A stretch of DNA of 64,000 nt from Acaryochloridaceae cyanobacterium VAR_48_metabat_390 (GTDB lineage: Bacteria > Cyanobacteriota > Cyanobacteriia > Thermosynechococcales > Thermosynechococcaceae): assembly GCA_031422435.1 (NCBI GenBank), contig JANPLU010000107.1, forward strand, positions 32,001 to 96,000, written 5' to 3'. This document shows, one piece after another, positions 32,093-41,159 of the stretch (position 1 is its first letter; the number at the start of each line of letters is the position of its first letter). Under the pieces are notes generated by a model. The model had not been told where the DNA came from and did not search any database. It saw only the letters and a program-made list of their open reading frames with translations. The position numbers and the translations under genes were made by a program.

Positions 32093-33091
32093 CTAAAACA
32101 ACTGCCACTCAGGCGTTTGCAGCATCTTGAGCTGCTGAAGGCGGCTTATAAAAAAGTGTTCATCCAGGCGGCTACAGCTATGAATTTTTGAGGTTTCTAG
32201 GGCAATCCGCCAGTTCCAGAGGTGGGCAGCTTGGGTAAAGGGCTGGAGGGCTTCAAATTCTGCTGGCGTAAGCGCATGAAGCGTTTGGTAGCCCTGAAAA
32301 AAGGCATCTCGAACCTTACGGGCAATGCCTGTACGAATTGAAACCTGCAAAAACTTTGCCATCTCAAACGCCCGCCAGCCGTAGCCGCACTGGTCAAAGT
32401 CAAACAGCGTGAGCTGATTGTCGGCGGTAAAGTGAACGTTACCGCTGTGAGGATCGCCCCAACAAATTGTCCAGTAGGGAGCCTGTCGCGGCAGATTGCA
32501 CAGGCGGTCTTTAATCTGGTCAATCAGGTGCTTAAGATAAGCTAAATCTTCAGAGTGAAACCGCAGATAGGGTTCAATTACCCCAAAAGATTCATCTAGC
32601 AAATACTCCAGAGACAGAGGCTGACGATGGGCGGCGCTATGAAAGTCTGAAGCCGTTTGATGGAGGTGCGCCACGGCTTCCCCCAGCTTGTACGCCTGCT
32701 TAACGCTCAAATCTCCAATGGGTACCCGACCCGGCGCGTAGGGAAACAGCGCAGCATAGCGCGAACCTTCTGGGGCGTGAATTTCAACGCAAAGCCCTCC
32801 CTCTAAGGTGTGGAGCGGCGCAGAAACTGAAACACCACAGCGCTTGAGATAGTTCAGCAGCTCTAGCTCAAACTCAGTTTCAGATTTAGTCCGCCAATGG
32901 GTGTGAGAAATTCGCAGGACGTAGCGTGCCGTCAGGGTTTCAATAATATATACGTCGCTCAGGCCACGATTCCAGAAATGACATTGCACCACTGGCCCAA
33001 TGCCAAACAGCGGCAAAATCTGACGTTTGAGCGCTTCGCAGGCCAAGGTGGAGTAGGTGACTGGAAAAATAGTCTGGGTTAGTACAGCCAT
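32093..33091 (-). CDS. APH/homoserine kinase type II-like phosphotransferase
   Basis: YVLRIS, ELELL, Brenner-type WGDPHSGN, LFDFDQCG. Confidence 0.85.
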   Translation of the reverse strand: MAVLTQTIFPVTYSTLACEALKRQILPLFGIGPVVQCHFWNRGLSDVYIIETLTARYVLRISHTHWRTKSETEFELELLNYLKRCGVSVSAPLHTLEGGLCVEIHAPEGSRYAALFPYAPGRVPIGDLSVKQAYKLGEAVAHLHQTASDFHSAAHRQPLSLEYLLDESFGVIEPYLRFHSEDLAYLKHLIDQIKDRLCNLPRQAPYWTICWGDPHSGNVHFTADNQLTLFDFDQCGYGWRAFEMAKFLQVSIRTGIARKVRDAFFQGYQTLHALTPAEFEALQPFTQAAHLWNWRIALETSKIHSCSRLDEHFFISRLQQLKMLQTPEWQLF

Positions 33092-33343
33092 TTACAAACT
33101 TCCCTTAAGCCAATGGAAGAAACAAAGTTTTATGTTCGCTTTCAGCAATTAGGCAGTAAAGTACCTGAGGTCGCTCAAAAATGCGCTAGGGCACTCACCT
33201 TTAACGTGAAGCTCAGTCTATCAAGACCCAGCCAATTTCTTTGACCTAATCAATTCTGATCCTTCCTACACAGATATGTCCACACTAACGGCAGACAGAC
33301 TCTGAAAATGTATCCTATTAGGCAATTTTGACCGTAGTTTCGA

Positions 33344-33700
33344 CTAAAGGGTGAGGCCGATCGCCTGCTCAAACCGGATGCTCTCGAAACTGCGATCGCC
33401 GTACACGCCCTCGATCTGCTCTCGGCAGCACTCAATGGCAAAGTCATTAAGTTCTTCTGGTTCTATGCCAAACATGCGTGAAAAGGTGTCTGGGCGCACG
33501 CAGCAAAAGCTAGGGCGATCGTCATAGATTTGGCACTCCCGAGCGTTTTGATCAAAATGAACACACCAGCCATCTTCACCGATCAGACTGAGATAAAGCG
33601 CAAGTTCTTCTCCCGTCAGGTACTCTGGCAGCTCAGGGCGATCGCCTGGGTCAAGCTGGCAGCAGGCACCACAATTTTGCACACATTTCCAGGTTGCCAT
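33344..33700 (-). CDS. YkgJ-family cysteine-cluster (Zn/Fe-chelating) protein
   Basis: WKCVQNCGACC, WCVHFD, CQIYDDRPSFC, ECC. ATG at 33700 preferred. Confidence 0.85.
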   Translation of the reverse strand: MATWKCVQNCGACCQLDPGDRPELPEYLTGEELALYLSLIGEDGWCVHFDQNARECQIYDDRPSFCCVRPDTFSRMFGIEPEELNDFAIECCREQIEGVYGDRSFESIRFEQAIGLTL

Positions 33701-34102
33701 GATTGATTCGGCTCTCGTCGTGAAATCTGTCTCAAATCTATCTTTGACCAAGCGCATTCAAAAGCTTGAGCATTCCAGCAAGAGGTGCGCTGCTCACTAG
33801 AGCTGTAAGAATATCGTGGTCTAAAAACAGCTTATCGGTAAATTGTAGTTTAAAGCACAAGAAGTACAGGTTATTTTCTTCGGAGAAAGAAAAAACTTCA
33901 AGAGAAGTTATGACTCAATTACATTAATTTATGTAATAATTCTGTGCAAAGTGTATTTACAGTACACACACGTCCATTAACTAGCATATTGGGAGACTAC
34001 AGAAAAAAATATTTACGTTTATAAAAAATAAAAAGCTTAAGTTTTCAGACCTGTTGCAGCTACTGCTAAAAGTACAGATATTCTGTGGCTATTAGAAATT
34101 AA

Positions 34103-34242
34103 TGAGGATCACGAATTAAATAACCTAAAAATTGCTCGGTGGCGACGCGCTTTGCATTCCCTCATCCCTTCTTCGCTCTAGGAATGGAAGAGGAGCTGGG
34201 AGTAAGGGTCAAAGTTGAGGGTGATTAAATTCATGGTTCTTA
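34103..34242. mobile_element. MITE-like element of about 140 bp with imperfect terminal inverted repeats, containing hairpin repeat copy 2 (34159-34210)
   Basis: TGAGGATCACGAATTAAATAACC (34103-34125) matches the reverse complement of GGTGATTAAATTCATGGTTCTTA (34220-34242) at 17/23 positions. Non-coding. Confidence 0.45.
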
Positions 34243-34326
34243 GGCAGCTTGAGAATGTCTGATGGCTCATTGAAATACTAAAAATTCAGCACAGTTATCA
34301 ACCTTTTGCAATGAGAGGATTACTCA

Positions 34327-34381
34327 TTTATTAAAGTTAAGGAAGTTCAGCGTCATACTGAACTTCCTTAACTTTAATAAA
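34327..34381. repeat. perfect 24-bp inverted repeat with a 7-nt loop, upstream of the NRPS
   Basis: TTTATTAAAGTTAAGGAAGTTCAG-CGTCATA-CTGAACTTCCTTAACTTTAATAAA. Confidence 0.95.
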
Positions 34382-34588
34382 GTACGTGTCAAACCTTTGC
34401 TCCCGAAACAGAGTGCCCACGAGGCTGTTATCAAACAAAGGCTACAGAATCTTAGGCGTATCGCATAATTGCATGCTCTAACTTGATGATTTCATCCAAG
34501 CATTCATCGGTGAGTTGGGTGACAAGCTCTGTTGTTAATCCAACAACTTTTGACCTGATTAGAAAACTAGTATTCGGGGAAACAAAAC

Positions 34589-37500
34589 ATGCAAGTCTGT
34601 ATCCATGAATGGTTTGAAAAACAGGTCTGTCAAACGCCCCATGCAACTGCCGTTGTTTTTGAGACTGATAGTCTAAGCTATCAGGAACTCAACCAACGGG
34701 CTAATGCTCTGGCTCGTCATCTCCGGCAGCTCAACGTAGGGGCAGAGACGCTAGTAGGCTTATGTTTAGAGCGATCGCTCAATATGATTGTGGCGCTCTT
34801 AGCCATCCTTAAGGCAGGTGGAGCCTATGTGCCCATTGATTTGTCCTATCCCCCAGAACGAATTGCCTTCATGCTTAAGGATTCTCAAGTTTCTGTATTG
34901 CTAACAGCGCAAACCTTGACTGCGGCACTGCCGACCCATGCCGCCAAAGTGGTTTGTTTAGATACCGAATGGGAGCGCATTGCTCAAGAAGACTCCTGCA
35001 ATCTTGAACCCCTAGCGGGAGCAGATAATTTAGCCTATGTAATCTATACATCTGGCTCAACGGGGCATCCTAAGGGTGCGGCGATGCCACATCGTTCTTT
35101 AGTTAATTTACTGGACTGGCAATTACGAGCCTTTAAGGTACCCGTAGCCCGAACGCTGCAGTTTACGCCCATCAGTTTCGACGTGTCTTTCCAGGAAATT
35201 TTTTCGACTTTGGCGGGAGGCGGAACCTTAGTACTCGTCAGTGATGCAGTTCGACGCAATCCTGAAGCGTTGCTGCAGTACATTAGTCTACAGCGCATTG
35301 AGCGTCTCTTTTTGCCCTTCGTAGCTCTTCAGCATTTAGCCGAGGTGGCGATGGCTCAGACGCCACTTTTAGGCTTTGCTCTACAGGATATTATTACAGC
35401 GGGCGAACGGCTCAAAGTTACGAACTCCATTGCACGATGGTTCAGTAGCCTCAAGGACTGTACGTTGACCAACCAATATGGACCGTCCGAAACCCATGTG
35501 GTGACATCTCATACCTTGAGTGGGTCGCCCAAGAATTGGCCAATTCTGCCTCCAATCGGACGCCCCATTGCTAATACGCAGGTTTATTTGCTCCAGGTTA
35601 ACCTTCAGCGGACTCACGATGACATTGAGTTGGCCCCTCTTGGTAAACCTGGAGAAATTGCCATTGGTGGGGCTGCGCTTGCCCAAGGCTATCTCAATCA
35701 GCCCGAATTGTCCCAACGTCGGTTTATTGCCAATCCGTTTAGCGACGAGCCGAACGCCAAGCTATACCGAACGGGCGACCTCGCTCGCTACTTGCCTGAC
35801 GGAACCCTTGAATTTATCGAGCGCCTTGACAGGCAAGTCAAAATTCGCGGCGTTCGCGTTGAGTTAGGCGAAGTCGAAGCCGTTTTGGGGCAACATGCAG
35901 GGGTTAAGCAGGTGGCTGTCATTCCTAAGGCGGATTTGACAGACCATAAAGTTTTGGCTGCATTTATTGTTCCGAGTCAAAACCCTACTGCAGAGACCAA
36001 TCACCGTCAGCTCCTTCTGGATCTCCGAGATCATCTGCGCCAAAAGCTTCCCCACTGCATGATTCCGTCAGCCTTTATGTTTCTAGATCAGCTACCTCTG
36101 ACGCCATCGGGCAAGGTAGACAACAGAGCATTGCCGAACCTTGACCAGCCGTGGATGCCCCTCAATCCTGATTTTGTTCCGCCCCGCACGCCTGTAGAGA
36201 CGCGATTGACGGAAATTTGGGCGCAGACCTTAGAGATCCGTCAAGTTGGCATTGACGACAACTTCTTTGAAATGGGCGGAGACTCGCTTCGAGCCGTTCA
36301 GTTAGTGTTTCAGGTTAGAGAAGCATTCCAAATTGAATTGCCGATGGTGGCCTTGTTCGATGCGCCGACTATTTCACAATTTGCCAAGGCGGTGAACTCA
36401 GCCCTGAGGTCTTATACCGTGGCGACCTCTGATGACATAACGGTTTCAAATCTACTGGCCGATGCAGCCTTGGATCCGGTAATCGCTCCCCCACAAATCC
36501 CCTTTGTCTTTAGATCTCAGACAGAGCATATTTTCATCACTGGCGTTACGGGTTTTTTAGGCGCGTTTCTGCTGCACGAACTGCTTGAGCAAACGACCGC
36601 TCAAGTTCATTGCTTGGTTCGCGCTAAAACTGCTGCTGAAGGCGATCGCAAAATTCAGGCTAATCTCAAAAAATACTTACTCTGGTCAGAAAACTATCGC
36701 GCTAGGGTTACATCCGTCCCTGGAGATCTAGCCCAGGCTCGACTGGGACTATCTGTAGAGGCTTTTCAGGCATTGGCTCGCCAAATGGATGTTATTTACC
36801 ACAATGGAGCCGCGATTAATCTAATTTATCCCTACTCGGCACTCCGAGCGGCGAATGTGTTAGGCACACAGGAACTTTTGAAACTCGCCGCCGAGCATCA
36901 CATCAAGCCCGTACACTTTATCTCTACTCTAGATGTCTTTCAAACGACCGACTCGTTCAGCCGCAACCGCATTACCGAACAGGATCTGCTCAATCCGAGT
37001 GAAGCCATTCGTTTTGACGGATATACCAAAAGTAAGTGGGTCTCCGAACGTCTGGTGTTTCAGGCGCGATCAAGAGGTATACCAACGGCTATCTACAGGC
37101 CAGCCATGATCTGTGGGCATAGCCAAACGGGCGCTGCTAATAAAGACGACCTGATGAACCGACTGATTCAGGGGATGGTGCAGCTAGGGAGCGCACCAGA
37201 TTTTAGCGAGATGATGGTTAACATTGCTCCCATTGATTATTTTAGTCAAGGCGCAATTTATTTATCTAGACAGGCCAGCGCCCTTGGCAAATCCTTTAAC
37301 TTTGTTAACCCCCAACCCATTACGATGGGTCAATTTGTTGAGACTATCAATACATTGGGTTATCAGGTTCGTCCGGTGGGTCATCGGGACTGGGAGAACC
37401 TGCTTGCCCAACATCGCGAAACCCTAGATAGCGTCGTTGCCGTTTTGACATCGAAACCTACTGAAACAAGCTGGAGCTATATAGAGCGAAGTTCTGTTGG

Positions 37501-37660
37501 GGCATACCATGTGAGCTGCCAGAATGTTCTCGAAGGACTTCAGGGAACTTCTATCCGTTGTCCGGCCATCACGCCCAATCTCTTGAAACCCTGGCTTTCA
37601 TTTTTGGTGAAAAACGGATTTCTTCCAAGTCCTGAAGCGCTAGAAGCCTTGGTTATCTAG
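34589..37660 (+). CDS. stand-alone NRPS-like adenylation-thiolation-thioester reductase (A-T-R) enzyme
   Basis: A domain: [39 protein letters not shown] domain: [10 protein letters not shown] domain: [19 protein letters not shown]. No condensation domain. Confidence 0.95.
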   Translation: MQVCIHEWFEKQVCQTPHATAVVFETDSLSYQELNQRANALARHLRQLNVGAETLVGLCLERSLNMIVALLAILKAGGAYVPIDLSYPPERIAFMLKDSQVSVLLTAQTLTAALPTHAAKVVCLDTEWERIAQEDSCNLEPLAGADNLAYVIYTSGSTGHPKGAAMPHRSLVNLLDWQLRAFKVPVARTLQFTPISFDVSFQEIFSTLAGGGTLVLVSDAVRRNPEALLQYISLQRIERLFLPFVALQHLAEVAMAQTPLLGFALQDIITAGERLKVTNSIARWFSSLKDCTLTNQYGPSETHVVTSHTLSGSPKNWPILPPIGRPIANTQVYLLQVNLQRTHDDIELAPLGKPGEIAIGGAALAQGYLNQPELSQRRFIANPFSDEPNAKLYRTGDLARYLPDGTLEFIERLDRQVKIRGVRVELGEVEAVLGQHAGVKQVAVIPKADLTDHKVLAAFIVPSQNPTAETNHRQLLLDLRDHLRQKLPHCMIPSAFMFLDQLPLTPSGKVDNRALPNLDQPWMPLNPDFVPPRTPVETRLTEIWAQTLEIRQVGIDDNFFEMGGDSLRAVQLVFQVREAFQIELPMVALFDAPTISQFAKAVNSALRSYTVATSDDITVSNLLADAALDPVIAPPQIPFVFRSQTEHIFITGVTGFLGAFLLHELLEQTTAQVHCLVRAKTAAEGDRKIQANLKKYLLWSENYRARVTSVPGDLAQARLGLSVEAFQALARQMDVIYHNGAAINLIYPYSALRAANVLGTQELLKLAAEHHIKPVHFISTLDVFQTTDSFSRNRITEQDLLNPSEAIRFDGYTKSKWVSERLVFQARSRGIPTAIYRPAMICGHSQTGAANKDDLMNRLIQGMVQLGSAPDFSEMMVNIAPIDYFSQGAIYLSRQASALGKSFNFVNPQPITMGQFVETINTLGYQVRPVGHRDWENLLAQHRETLDSVVAVLTSKPTETSWSYIERSSVGAYHVSCQNVLEGLQGTSIRCPAITPNLLKPWLSFLVKNGFLPSPEALEALVI

Positions 37661-37713
37661 ATTTTAAGGCTAATTGTTCTTACCTCTAAACTGAGTTGAC
37701 TGACAAAATAAAT

Positions 37714-37809
37714 CTCCCTAACCCCTTCTCACCCTGTGGAAGAAGGGGTTAGGGAGTGGGTTTCTAGCTCCCCTCTCCCGTTCTGGGAGAGGGGCTGGGG
37801 GTGAGGGTC
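37714..37809. repeat. double-hairpin small dispersed repeat, copy 3 (best preserved)
   Basis: CTCCCTAACCCCTTCT/AGAAGGGGTTAGGGAG 16-bp stem and CCCCTCTCCC/GGGAGAGGGG stem, ending GGGGGTGAGGGTC. Confidence 0.8.
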
Positions 37810-38004
37810 TTAAGCTTTGGTTCACCAAACAGCCTCTGAGACCACGATTTGTATAGGTACAGATATAGAAAAATGTGTCGGGTCGAAAGTTCGGAATAGT
37901 TTTTGTCAATACTAAGGTAGCTTTAAGGAAAACTTGCAGGCTTCAAGGTTGAGGCAGCGGCAGTTTCTTGAGTCGCTAAAGCAGTCTAAACTTCGGGGAA
38001 AGCA

Positions 38005-40731
38005 ATGAAGCGATTCATTTTGCCCAAAATTCGCTTTTTCCGTATAAAAACAATCGGAGCTAAATTATTTTTAGCCGTGATGGGCGGTGCATTTATCGGC
38101 TTAAGTAGCGCTGCTGTTCTATATTATCGAGTGCTGGAGTACCAATCAGAAGTTCAGATTCGCAATGCTTTGAGCACAGAGGTCAATACGATTGAGGGTC
38201 AACTTACACCTGTTAAGCAGTCTTTGATTAACTTGGGCGGGATGGTGCAGCACCTCAAAGAGACTGGTGTTCAAGATATAGGTGCTTACCAAGCGATCGC
38301 ACTGGACTTTTTTCTTAAGCGTCCACCGTTGGTGATGGGACAGTCTCTACAACAAACTTCTTATGCTATCTTTGCGGATCGCAAGTGGTATGCATCGTAC
38401 CATTACGCAGATCAAAAAGTTGCGGGTCAGATTGGCAAGCGTCTCCCGTTCCCCAATGGCTCCGTTCTTGTTTCTGACTTAGTTAAAGAGGATAACGCCC
38501 CCAATCAAGCCTACTTCAAGGACACCATCGCTGCTAGCCATGACACTTGGTTGGAACCCTACGATTGGTACGGCACTTCTATGACAACCTCCAACCACCT
38601 ACTCTTAGATCGCCAAGGTCGATTGCAGGGGTTTGTGTCGATGGATGTCAACGCGACCCAATTAAGTCAGACTATCTCTCCGACGGTTTTTCGTGACACG
38701 GGCTATTTTTTTGTGATGACGCAGCGGGGGAGACTGGTTTCCTATCCGCCCGATATGAGCAAGGTGCGCCAGAGTTATCGCAGCATCCCAACCCTTGCAA
38801 CCATTTGGCCGCTGCTGCAAAAAGATACCGCAGGCTTATTCCAATCTAGTGGTCAATACTGGGCTTACCAGAGAATTCCCAGTACCCAGTGGATTATGCT
38901 GGCTGTTGTTCCTGAATCCGTTGTGTTCTGGCCGGTCTTAGCCATCACTTTGGGCGGGGCAGGCATTGCCGCTATTGTATTAGCGCTGGTGGTAATTGGT
39001 TTTGTGCAGTTTCTGAATCGTCGGTTAAAGCCCGTTCTAGACGAATGCTATCGACTGGAAGCAGAAGATTTTCAGCGATCAATCCGCCTAGGTCAAACCC
39101 TTGATGAACAGAGCGCGGCTCAGCAGAATCGGCTATTCAGTTTCAGCCATTTAGACGAACTGGAGATTTTGCAACAGGTATTCTGGCGGGTTACAGCTCA
39201 GTTAAAAGCCTCCTTTGATGACTTAGAACTGCGTGTGGCAAAGCGTACAGCTCAGTTAGACGAAGCCAGACAATCTGCTGAAAATGCTAAAGAAGTGGCG
39301 ATCGCCGCGAATCAATCTAAGAGCCAGTTTTTAGCCAACATGAGTCATGAGTTGCGTACACCTCTCAACGCCATCCTAGGGTTTGCGCAGCTTATGAATC
39401 GTGAAACCCTTTTGAATCAAGATCATGGAGAAAATCTACAAATCATCATTCGCAGTGGAGAACGCTTACTTTCATTAATCAATGACATATTAGATATGTC
39501 AAAAATTGAAGCAGGTCGAGTCAGTCTCTACAAAAGCGACTTCAACCTTTTCAAGGTATTAGACTCTGTTAGAGAAATACTCAGCTTGAGAGCAAGCGTT
39601 AAAGAACTGAAGTTTATTTTTAACTACGCAGATAATCTCCCAACCTTCATTAATACAGACGAAAAAAAATTACATCAGGTTTTACTTAATCTTTTGGGTA
39701 ATGCAGTCAAATTTACAGCGTCAGGATTTGTTTCCCTCAGTGTAGAGATAGATGACGTCAAGGTGATGCCCCATGATGTCAGCCATTACTTAAGGTTTGT
39801 CGTTGAAGACAGTGGCTCTGGCATCGCTGCTCATGAATTACCTACGCTGTTTGAAACGTTTGTCCAAACTGATTCAGGTCGAAAGGCTGAACAGGGGACA
39901 GGTTTAGGTCTTTCCATTAGTCGTAAATTTGTAGAACTGATGGAGGGGCGCATACAGGTCAGCAGCACGCTGGGACAAGGGTCACGGTTTGAGTTCACCA
40001 TTCCCGTCAGGCTAAGTACGGCTGACGCTCAACCGAGACAGGCTCCCGTCCAGAGAGTGGTAGGACTCGTGAAGCCGCACCTGCGCTATCGCATTTTAGT
40101 GGTAGACGATCATCCAGAAAACCGAAAGCTGTTGGTTAAGCTGCTCCAACCCATCGGCTTTGAGGTAAAAGAGGCAGCAAATGGGCAGGAGGCGATCGCC
40201 TGCTGGGAAGTGTGGCACCCCCATCTAATCTGGATGGACATGCGAATGCCCGTACTGAGCGGTTTTAATGCCACACAACACATCAAAGCTCATCCTCAAG
40301 GACAATCTACCGTTGTGATTGCCCTCACAGCCAGCACCCTGAGTGAAGAGATTCCCAGTTTTAAGTCAGCAGGCTGTAATGACTTTGTGCGTAAGCCTTT
40401 TCTGGAATATGAGATTTTTGATAAAATTAGTCAACACTTAAATGTAGAGTACACCTTTGAAGCACTGGTTCCCATGCTACAGGAGGCAGTACAGCCGTTG
40501 ACCTCTGTAGCGCTTAGCATAATGCCTTCAAATTGGCTAGAAGAATTAGAAAAAGCGTCCAGCCTACTTGATGAAGAAACTATTCACGCTCTAATAAACA
40601 AAATTCCACAAGAACATAGCGACTTAAAGAAATCAATTGAAAATAAAGTGAGTAACTTTGATTTTTACCATATTTTTACAACAGTGCAACAGGTAAAACT
40701 CTATAAAAATAAATCTAAAAGCCCTGCTTGA
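38005..40731 (+). CDS. membrane-bound dCache hybrid histidine kinase (TM-dCache-TM-HAMP-like-HisKA-HATPase-REC)
   Basis: Two TMs around a periplasmic domain with WLEPY...GFVSMDV and GYFFVMTQRG..VSYP; FLANMSHELRTPLN; NLLGNAVKFT; GTGLGL; receiver VVDD...WMDMRMP. Confidence 0.92.
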   Translation: MKRFILPKIRFFRIKTIGAKLFLAVMGGAFIGLSSAAVLYYRVLEYQSEVQIRNALSTEVNTIEGQLTPVKQSLINLGGMVQHLKETGVQDIGAYQAIALDFFLKRPPLVMGQSLQQTSYAIFADRKWYASYHYADQKVAGQIGKRLPFPNGSVLVSDLVKEDNAPNQAYFKDTIAASHDTWLEPYDWYGTSMTTSNHLLLDRQGRLQGFVSMDVNATQLSQTISPTVFRDTGYFFVMTQRGRLVSYPPDMSKVRQSYRSIPTLATIWPLLQKDTAGLFQSSGQYWAYQRIPSTQWIMLAVVPESVVFWPVLAITLGGAGIAAIVLALVVIGFVQFLNRRLKPVLDECYRLEAEDFQRSIRLGQTLDEQSAAQQNRLFSFSHLDELEILQQVFWRVTAQLKASFDDLELRVAKRTAQLDEARQSAENAKEVAIAANQSKSQFLANMSHELRTPLNAILGFAQLMNRETLLNQDHGENLQIIIRSGERLLSLINDILDMSKIEAGRVSLYKSDFNLFKVLDSVREILSLRASVKELKFIFNYADNLPTFINTDEKKLHQVLLNLLGNAVKFTASGFVSLSVEIDDVKVMPHDVSHYLRFVVEDSGSGIAAHELPTLFETFVQTDSGRKAEQGTGLGLSISRKFVELMEGRIQVSSTLGQGSRFEFTIPVRLSTADAQPRQAPVQRVVGLVKPHLRYRILVVDDHPENRKLLVKLLQPIGFEVKEAANGQEAIACWEVWHPHLIWMDMRMPVLSGFNATQHIKAHPQGQSTVVIALTASTLSEEIPSFKSAGCNDFVRKPFLEYEIFDKISQHLNVEYTFEALVPMLQEAVQPLTSVALSIMPSNWLEELEKASSLLDEETIHALINKIPQEHSDLKKSIENKVSNFDFYHIFTTVQQVKLYKNKSKSPA

Positions 40732-41159
40732 GATGCAGTCTTGAGGGTTGATAAGCAACCCGATAGCTCATACCTGCTTCAGGAGAAGCAGGTAAAGTCG
40801 AGTTTCCCTAAAAGTTGGGAAGACTAGAGTAGGTCTCAAGATATAAGATCAGACAACTGAAGATTCAGCCTACGGCAGTCTTTAGTCACCCCAAAGACGC
40901 CTAAATTAACCAAGCTATTTTTCTATTCTCTTCGACACTCAAAGTTTATCAAGCTATATGCCATCTCACTGTAAGTCACGGTAGCTATATTTATCGCAAA
41001 AATTACGCGACCGTACTATATTTGAGGTAGGTTAAGCCATCGCTGTTTATAAGTGATTAAAAGTAGCCTAAGCTTTTTCTATTCAATCAATTTCCACCTC
41101 ATTTAGACAGAATTTTTAAGATCATATCTACTCGCTGGCTGCAAATCGCCGTATATGTT

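Noticed and set aside
33950..34084. NtcA or LexA sites upstream of the NRPS
   Set aside because: GTA-N7-TAC has the wrong spacing for NtcA (N8), and AGTACAGATATTCT mismatches the LexA consensus in a core position.
34382..34445. Known riboswitch (c-di-GMP, glutamine) in the NRPS leader
   Set aside because: I could not match the conserved core nucleotides of these families. It is kept only as unexplained structure.
34452..34646. 64-aa minus-strand ORF overlapping the NRPS start
   Set aside because: It has no motifs or RBS and overlaps the NRPS 5' end; probably spurious.
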